DNA from: Eledone cirrhosa
Lineage: Eukaryota
Direction of reading: 5' to 3'
Assembly: GCA_964016885.1 (NCBI GenBank)
Contig: OZ024741.1
Span: forward strand, 266,724,001-266,788,000
DNA length: 64,000 nt
A program made the translations under genes and the position numbers. Positions 57,083 through 64,000 of this stretch are shown in pieces; within the stretch, counting starts at the first letter, position 1; every line of letters starts with the position of its first letter. The notes under the pieces are model-generated. The model did not search any database. It saw only the letters and a program-made list of their open reading frames with translations, and was not told where the DNA came from.

Positions 57083-57883
57083 TCTATATATGATACATAA
57101 ATGGCAATTTCTGTCTGTTTGTTTGTGAACCTAAAACTCAAAAACTACCAAACCGATCTTGATGAAACTTGACACGCGTGTGGGGGCTCATGCCCATTTC
57201 ATTTCTTACGTATATTTCATTTTAATCAAAGAGTTCCTTCCCCGGGAGTTCAAACCCCCGCTTAATTTTTTCCTTTCGATTTATATGAAATTTAAACCTC
57301 AGGTAAATGACAAGATATGATGCCTATTCACAAAATTTCAGCAAATTTCACTAATATTTAGACACCCAAATTGGGGTTAAACCCCCTATAGTGAAAATTT
57401 TGCCAAATAAATGGAACAAGATTTCACGAACTCCTCCTATGGCTTTGGAGATAGATCCCCATAACCATATATATTGTGAAACTAGATTGCCCAGGGTACT
57501 TGGATAAGTATATTTAATTTTAATCAAAGGGTTCCCCGGTGGCGCAAAACCTCCGCTGAAAATGTTTTCCCTTCGATTTATATGGACTGTAAACCATAGG
57601 TAAATGACAAGATATGATGCCTATTCACAAAATTTCAGCAATGAAGCCCCCTAATAGGGGTTCTATTTTTCCTTATAGCAGCATTCAACTTCTCTGACAA
57701 ACATGTTCTCGCCTGACCAATGCAATCAACAATATTTGTTTGTATTATTGTTTCGTAAATGAATTTGTCTTCGCTTTTGATTATCTGTAGTATATTTTGA
57801 TTTCATTTTTGGTCTGAGAGGCATTGGGCATTTTAATGGGAACTGGGAATACCCTCGCTCCCGGGTATTACCGGGTACCTCAG

Positions 57884-57887
<4 letters not shown>
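57083..57887 (+). mobile_element. Non-autonomous Helitron-like element
   Basis: 5' TC, (CTGT/TTGT) microsatellite, ccgatcttgatgaaactt, internal duplication of about 300 bp, 3' GC-rich segment then CTAA|T. Confidence 0.6.
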
Positions 57888-57943
<56 letters not shown>

Positions 57944-58079
57944 CAAAAGGGATATTTAATTTGTTGGTAAATCAACAAATATATATGTTTATAACTGATT
58001 CGAAACACTCGACAAGTTTTTTGGAGTATAATATTCAATGATATTAAATAAATGGAAACTATATTTATAAAACCATATT

Positions 58080-58140
58080 TATTCTATTATATATATTTCA
58101 AGGGTACCAAAACTTTGGTACGCTCTCATCAGATAAAATA
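58080..58140 (-). ncRNA. Type I hammerhead ribozyme
   Basis: tattttat CTGATGA gagc gtaccaaa-gt-tttggtac cctt GAAAT atat ATA atagaata. Confidence 0.82.
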
Positions 58141-58348
58141 CAAAGTTTGTTTTATAAATATTGACATATCCAGGAAGAAAATCTTAACGGTTCAAGTTTT
58201 TCCAGGAAAAAGATCTTCTTCTTGGATATGTCAATATTTATTTCCCACATTGTTGTATGGTGATGTATAAATATATAGGGAGTTATTTTAGCAGGAGAGG
58301 TGGTTTTGGAGGTCTGTGGGAAAATCCATTTATACAATATATATATAT

Positions 58349-58764
58349 AAGTAAGTAAGTATGTTTGTTTTGAAACAGTGAGCAAGTTTGAAATTAGAAA
58401 TTGAAGCTTTCACCGTATTTTTGACCTAAGAAATTTTAGCCTGATAGTGGAGTTTAGAACTCTCAGATGAATGGAAAAAGATGAGTATTGACGTACATGG
58501 GATTCGAACCCACATCTTTGGTTATCCAGACCACTGTGCTACCATTACACCAACACATCTCCTTCCATCCAGACCACTGTGCTACCATTACACCAACACA
58601 TCTCCTTCCATTCAAATTAGAAGCTACATCCTTAGCAAGTATAATGACAAGTAAGTAAGTTTGTTTTGAAACAGTGAGCAAGTTTGAAATTAGAAATAGA
58701 AGCTTTCACTGTATTTTTGACTAAAGAAATTTTAGCTTGATAATGGGGTTTAGAACCCTCAGAT
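58349..58764. repeat. About 118-bp direct repeats (58349-58468, 58649-58764) around a tRNA-like segment
   Basis: Minus strand 58487-58555 has the A box tggtgtaatggtag and the B box ggttcgaatccc. No clean acceptor stem. Confidence 0.75.
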
Positions 58765-58765
58765 A

Positions 58766-58809
<44 letters not shown>

Positions 58810-59757
58810 CTGTAACCTCGTGTGGAGTTGTAGGAAGGTTGTCGTGACCCAAGGCGTGTCTTGGCCATTTTAAGCCTAGCGGAACCCATCTCTTTAGATC
58901 AGAACACAGCTGATTTTTTTTCCGGAGTGAGAGAGAAAATCAACACAAGTACTGGGGCCTGGTACTTTATTTATCGACCTCGAAAGGATGAAAGACAAAA
59001 TTGACCTCAGAAAGTCGAAACGAATGCCGCGAAACATTCTATCCGATCTTCTAACGACTCTGCTAATTCACCGTATATGGTGGTAATAACAACGAAAAGA
59101 TTCAAATATTTATATTTAGAAATGAATAGATACACAATAGCGTGTGCATGTTATGTTGTTTGGTTTGGTTTTTAACAAAGTACTTGAAATATTGAACTCA
59201 GCTCAGGGACCTCATCAGTAAAAGTTGGTGAGGCTCCAAGTTTAACCAAGTTTGGAGGTTCCTCGTTAAAAAAAATTTACACCAAGAAGACTTCAAGAAA
59301 AATGGAAACATATGAGATACATTTAAATTATTTTCAACACCTTCCTTATTTGAGGCCCTAAACACAGTGGTTAGTGGCTAATTGAGGGCTGGATCCTAGA
59401 GTGGATACCACTGACCTAGCGGCATGTAATGAGGCAGTTTCGTCAACTCCTTTGTGGAGCATTTAGTGAAGAACGGGGCTGGACTGGAACCTTATAATTC
59501 TTGTTTATGTTTTTATATTACATGACATAATCATGTCATCTGACAATTTTCATGTTTGGAGACTGAAACTCCCGGTCTAACTGGTTGCCAACTTCCGGAC
59601 AGTAGTGTGTGTGTGTGTGTGAGAGAGAGAGTGAATGTGTCTGAATGTCTATATTTGTATACATATGTATTTACTCGTTTATATATCTACGTACTCGTAT
59701 GTATCTACACACACACACACACATATATGTCTGCATCTGAATATGTTTGATTGTATG

Positions 59758-59788
<31 letters not shown>

Positions 59789-60317
59789 GCTTTTATATGA
59801 TATGCATGTGTGTGTGTGTGTCAAAGAAAACATAGAGCAATATTATGCAAATGTGCTCTCCCCCCCCCCCCCCACCATACCCTAGCCGTGACGTTGTATG
59901 TTTTTCTGTTTCGTTGGTGGTGAGATGTGTTGTGAAACTGTGTGAAGGCCGTGAGAACATAGTAGACCCACAAACAAGCCAGGCCACATGTTAGGGTTTC
60001 TTAACATGTGGCTAAGACATTCCAGCTAATATTGGAGAGAAAAGGGTGGTGGAGTTTACGTCGTATGTGTGGAAGCACACGTGTGTATCTGTGTGTGCAT
60101 GTGTGTGTGTGGGGGGGGGTTTGTTCGTACACATGTAGTACGTGTTTGTATGTGTAGGTATGCATGTATGTGTATATGTACGTGCTTTTAATGTATGTAT
60201 ACACGTATATAATATATATATATATATATATATGTGAAGTAATTCCGTCGGAAAAGTCCAGGAAAAAAGAGTGCTCTATGAAGGTAACATAAATATATAT
60301 ATATATACATAAATATA

Positions 60318-60372
<55 letters not shown>

Positions 60373-60373
<1 letters not shown>

Positions 60374-60652
60374 GTGGAGGCACGTGGTAAGGGTGTTGGA
60401 CTTACGATCATAATGTCGTGGGCTCGATTCCTGGGTTGCGTGTTGTGTTCTTGAGCAAAACACTTCATTTCACGTTGTTTCAGTATACTCAGCTGAAAAT
60501 GAGTGCCAGCAATAGCTGGAGGTTTAACCCTGTGATGGACTGGCGTCCTGTCCAGGGGGGAGTCTTGTACTCTCAGTTGCTTCATACCATGAAACCGGGA
60601 TAAGCACCGGCCAAATGAGCCTTCTGGCTTAAAACAGACTTTAGACTTTTAG
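60373..60652 (+). mobile_element. SINE family B, full length
   Basis: Collinear with 28114-28413; tail ttagactttt. Confidence 0.85.
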
Positions 60653-61652
60653 ATATATATATATACACGCATGTATATGTATGCATGAACGTATGTACGC
60701 ACGTATATATGTATATATATGTTCTATTTGTTGTTGGCAGAGTCGTTAGAGCGTCAGCTTAAATGCTTTGTAGTATTCGTTTCAGCTGTCTGCGCTTTGG
60801 GCTTAAATGCAGTTGAAGTCAACTACTTTGTGATAAATAAAGTATCAGTCCAGATGCAGTGGAATGGCAACATCTGTTTCGCATCTGTATGCTTTGAGTT
60901 CAAATTCCGCCCCAGTTCCAAAGAACTGACTCTAAATGAATAACAACCGAAAACAAGGAAATACAGTAATACTACCAATGTTTACACACATTCAAACACA
61001 ATTCCCACTATCAAAACACATCAATAAATCTCCGTAGCTCTTATAAATATTTTCACTTGAATAAATCAGATTTACAAATGTTGATCTGTCTGTAAAATAA
61101 ACTAGGGTTAAGTTTTACATAAGATACATAGAACATTTCAAATTTCGGAAGGCAAAAGGTAGTGGTAGTGGGGTGAGTGACTTTTACACGAGTACACACA
61201 GTATATTTATATGTATATTCATACATACACACCCAGAAAAGGCTACACATACATATACACGCATAGAAGCAATCAGATGTAGGCTGATAAAATCTCTACT
61301 ATGTTTATAATTTCAATGAATAAAGAAGTTCAGACAGACAAATATGATGACAGACCGATAGTGAAATGATCCAATATGGCTGACATAGTGAAGTAGTATC
61401 ATAGAGAAGTAAGACTGATATACTTTCTTTCCTCCAATGGTGAAGAGCGGCATTGTTTAAACAACAGCCGCCATTACTTTCAATGTGTTACAAAGTTGAT
61501 TTTTATCGTGTACACACCATTCAGTAATGAAGTGTGTGTTTTGTGTGTTCATATATATGTGTATATGTTGTGAATGTATGTTTGTGTATATGTAGTGTGT
61601 ATTTTTTATGATTGTATGTTGTGTGTCCGTATGTGTATATGTTGTGTGTGTA

Positions 61653-61708
<56 letters not shown>

Positions 61709-61792
61709 AAAGGTAAACAGAAATAACGACACAATCGGTACAGTATATGGAAGGGATATATTAGCTTAACGCTTGATATAGCAGGAAGAGAG

Positions 61793-61828
61793 TCTTAACG
61801 TTTCGGACGCTAGTCCTTCATCAGAAGA
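61793..61828 (-). ncRNA. Minimal PLE-type hammerhead
   Basis: tctt CTGATGA a ggac-tagc-gtcc GAAAC GTT aaga. Confidence 0.85.
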
Positions 61829-61999
61829 AAGAATGAGAAATAAGATAGATTGAGGGGACGGGCGGGTTGGAATTGGAAAATGTGTATATATGTGTATGTG
61901 TGTTTGTATGTATGTGTGTATATATGATTATCCGTTTCTGATTTGTGCATGTTAATATTTGTATGTGTGTATCTGGACTCCGACATGACTGTGGTTAAG

Positions 62000-62598
62000 A
62001 TGTTCGCTTCGTAACAATGAGGTCCCGGTTTCGACCTCAGGACATAGCATCTTGAGCACCTTTACCATAGCAATGTAAAGTGATATACCTATGGTAAAGT
62101 GATATACCTATGGTAACGTGATATACCTATGGTTGCTATGATAAAGAGATATACCTAAGGTTGCTATGGTAAAGAGATAGACCGATGGTTGTTATGGTAA
62201 AGAAATACACCCAAGGTTGTTATGGTAAAGAGATATACCTATAGTTGTTATGGTAAAGAAATAGACCCAAGGTTGTTATGGTAAAGAGATACACCTATAG
62301 TTGTTATGGTAAAGAAATAGACCCAAGGTTGTTATGGTAAAGAGATACACCTATAGTTGCTATGGTAAATAGATATACCTATGGTTGCAATGGTAAAGAG
62401 ATTTACCTAACGTTACTATCGTTAAGAGATATACCTAAGGTTGCTATGGTATAAAGATACACTTATGGTTGCTATGGTAACGAGATATGCCCAAGGTTGC
62501 TATAGTAAAGAGATGTACCCAAGATTGCTATGGTAAAGGTGCTCAAGATGCTATGTCTTGGGGTCGAAACCGGGACCTCATTGTTACGAAGCGAACAT
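62000..62598. repeat. 75-bp inverted SINE-head arms enclosing a 28-bp minisatellite
   Basis: 62000-62074 is the reverse complement of 62524-62598. The unit between them is ggttgctatggtaaagagatatacctat. Confidence 0.9.
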
Positions 62599-62867
62599 CA
62601 TTTTACCTCGGGTTGACGCAAACCTTATAAGTGAAGCTCAGTAGGCAGAAACTGCGTGGAAGCCCGTCGTGTTGATATTGCATTTGCTACTTGGGACTTT
62701 ATAAACATATACGTTGATCTTATAACTGTATACACACAAGCATATAGTAGACTATATATTGATATCGTCAGCGGGTGATTATATATACCCACAGGTGCCT
62801 TGGGGTATATATTACCTTGTACCAGTTTACAAACACACGCGATTTATATATATATATATATATATAT

Positions 62868-63655
62868 ATGGTGCAGTGTGGTGTAGTATGGTGTAGTGTG
62901 GTGTAGTGTGGTGTAATATAATGTGGTGTGGGGTAGTGTGGTGTGGTGTAGTGTGGTGTAGTGTGGTGTATACATCACACTACACCACACTACACCACAC
63001 TACACCACACTACACCATACTACACCACACCACACCACACTACACCACACCACACTACACCACACTACACCATAACACATTATATTACACCACACTACAC
63101 CATACTACACCACACCACACTACACCACACTACACCATACTACACTACACCACACTACACCATAACACATTATATTACACTACACCATACTACACTACAC
63201 CATACTACACCACACCACACTACACCGCACTACACCATACTACACTACACCACACTACACCATAACACATTATATTACACTACACCATACTACACTACAC
63301 CATACTACACCACACCACACTACACCGCACTACACCATACTACACTACACCACACTACACCATAACACATTATATTACACCACACTACACCATAACACAT
63401 TATATTACACCACACTACACCACATTACACCATACTACACCACACTACACCACATTACACCATACTACACCACACTACACCACATTACACCATACTACAC
63501 CACACTACACCACATTACACCATACTACACCACACTACACCACATTACACCATACTACACCACACTACACCACATTACACCATACTACACCACACTACAC
63601 CACATTACACCATACTACACCACACTACACCACATTACACCATACTACACCACAC

Positions 63656-63657
<2 letters not shown>
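62868..63657. repeat. Pentanucleotide (CACTA/CACCA) repeat with strand switch and a 30-bp higher-order unit
   Basis: (GTGTA/GTGTG)n at 62868-62968, then its complement. cacattacaccatactacaccacactacac is repeated over 63421-63650. Confidence 0.92.
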
Positions 63658-63704
<47 letters not shown>

Positions 63705-64000
63705 ATATATACATATATATAAATGAAGTAATTCCGTCGGAAAAGTACAGGAAAAAAGAGTGCTCTATGTACACACGCACGCACACATATATATATGCAT
63801 ATATTTGTAAATATGTATACACACACACATATATATATGCATATGTATATATATATACACACACACACACATAGATATGCATACAATCACGAAGATATAT
63901 ACATAGATATACACACACACGTGAATAATGTTTGAGTTATTTGTCCGGTTCGACTCCCTAACTGTTGTTGCCCCTAAATCTCTCCCCCCCGCCCCGCCTA

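Noticed and set aside
58487-58555. Functional tRNA gene
   Set aside because: A and B boxes are present, but the acceptor and anticodon stems are irregular and it lies within a repeat.

Overview
AT-rich, microsatellite-saturated animal DNA. The SINE families and (TA)n/(CA)n load resemble octopus/cephalopod genomes, but that is an inference. No intact host gene was recognised, and nearly all listed ORFs are microsatellite or minisatellite artefacts. The window contains a 7.6 kb array of a 95-bp satellite, several minisatellites, two tRNA-derived SINE families, non-autonomous Helitron-, hAT- and pogo-like elements, a CR1-type LINE 3' end and two decayed Penelope-like (PLE) GIY-YIG endonuclease fragments. 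By eye I find more than 20 type I hammerhead ribozyme (HHR) motifs. They sit in short elements embedded in (TA)n tracts, often as fold-back palindromes, and one family of about 430 nt looks like a circularly permuted retrozyme. The most notable observation is at 34340/34341: the 3' half of U6 snRNA, ending in five Ts, is joined exactly at the predicted hammerhead cleavage site of a repeat element. This suggests ligation of U6 (2',3'-cyclic phosphate) to a ribozyme-generated 5'-OH RNA, followed by retrotransposition. All folds and alignments were done by eye; none was computed.
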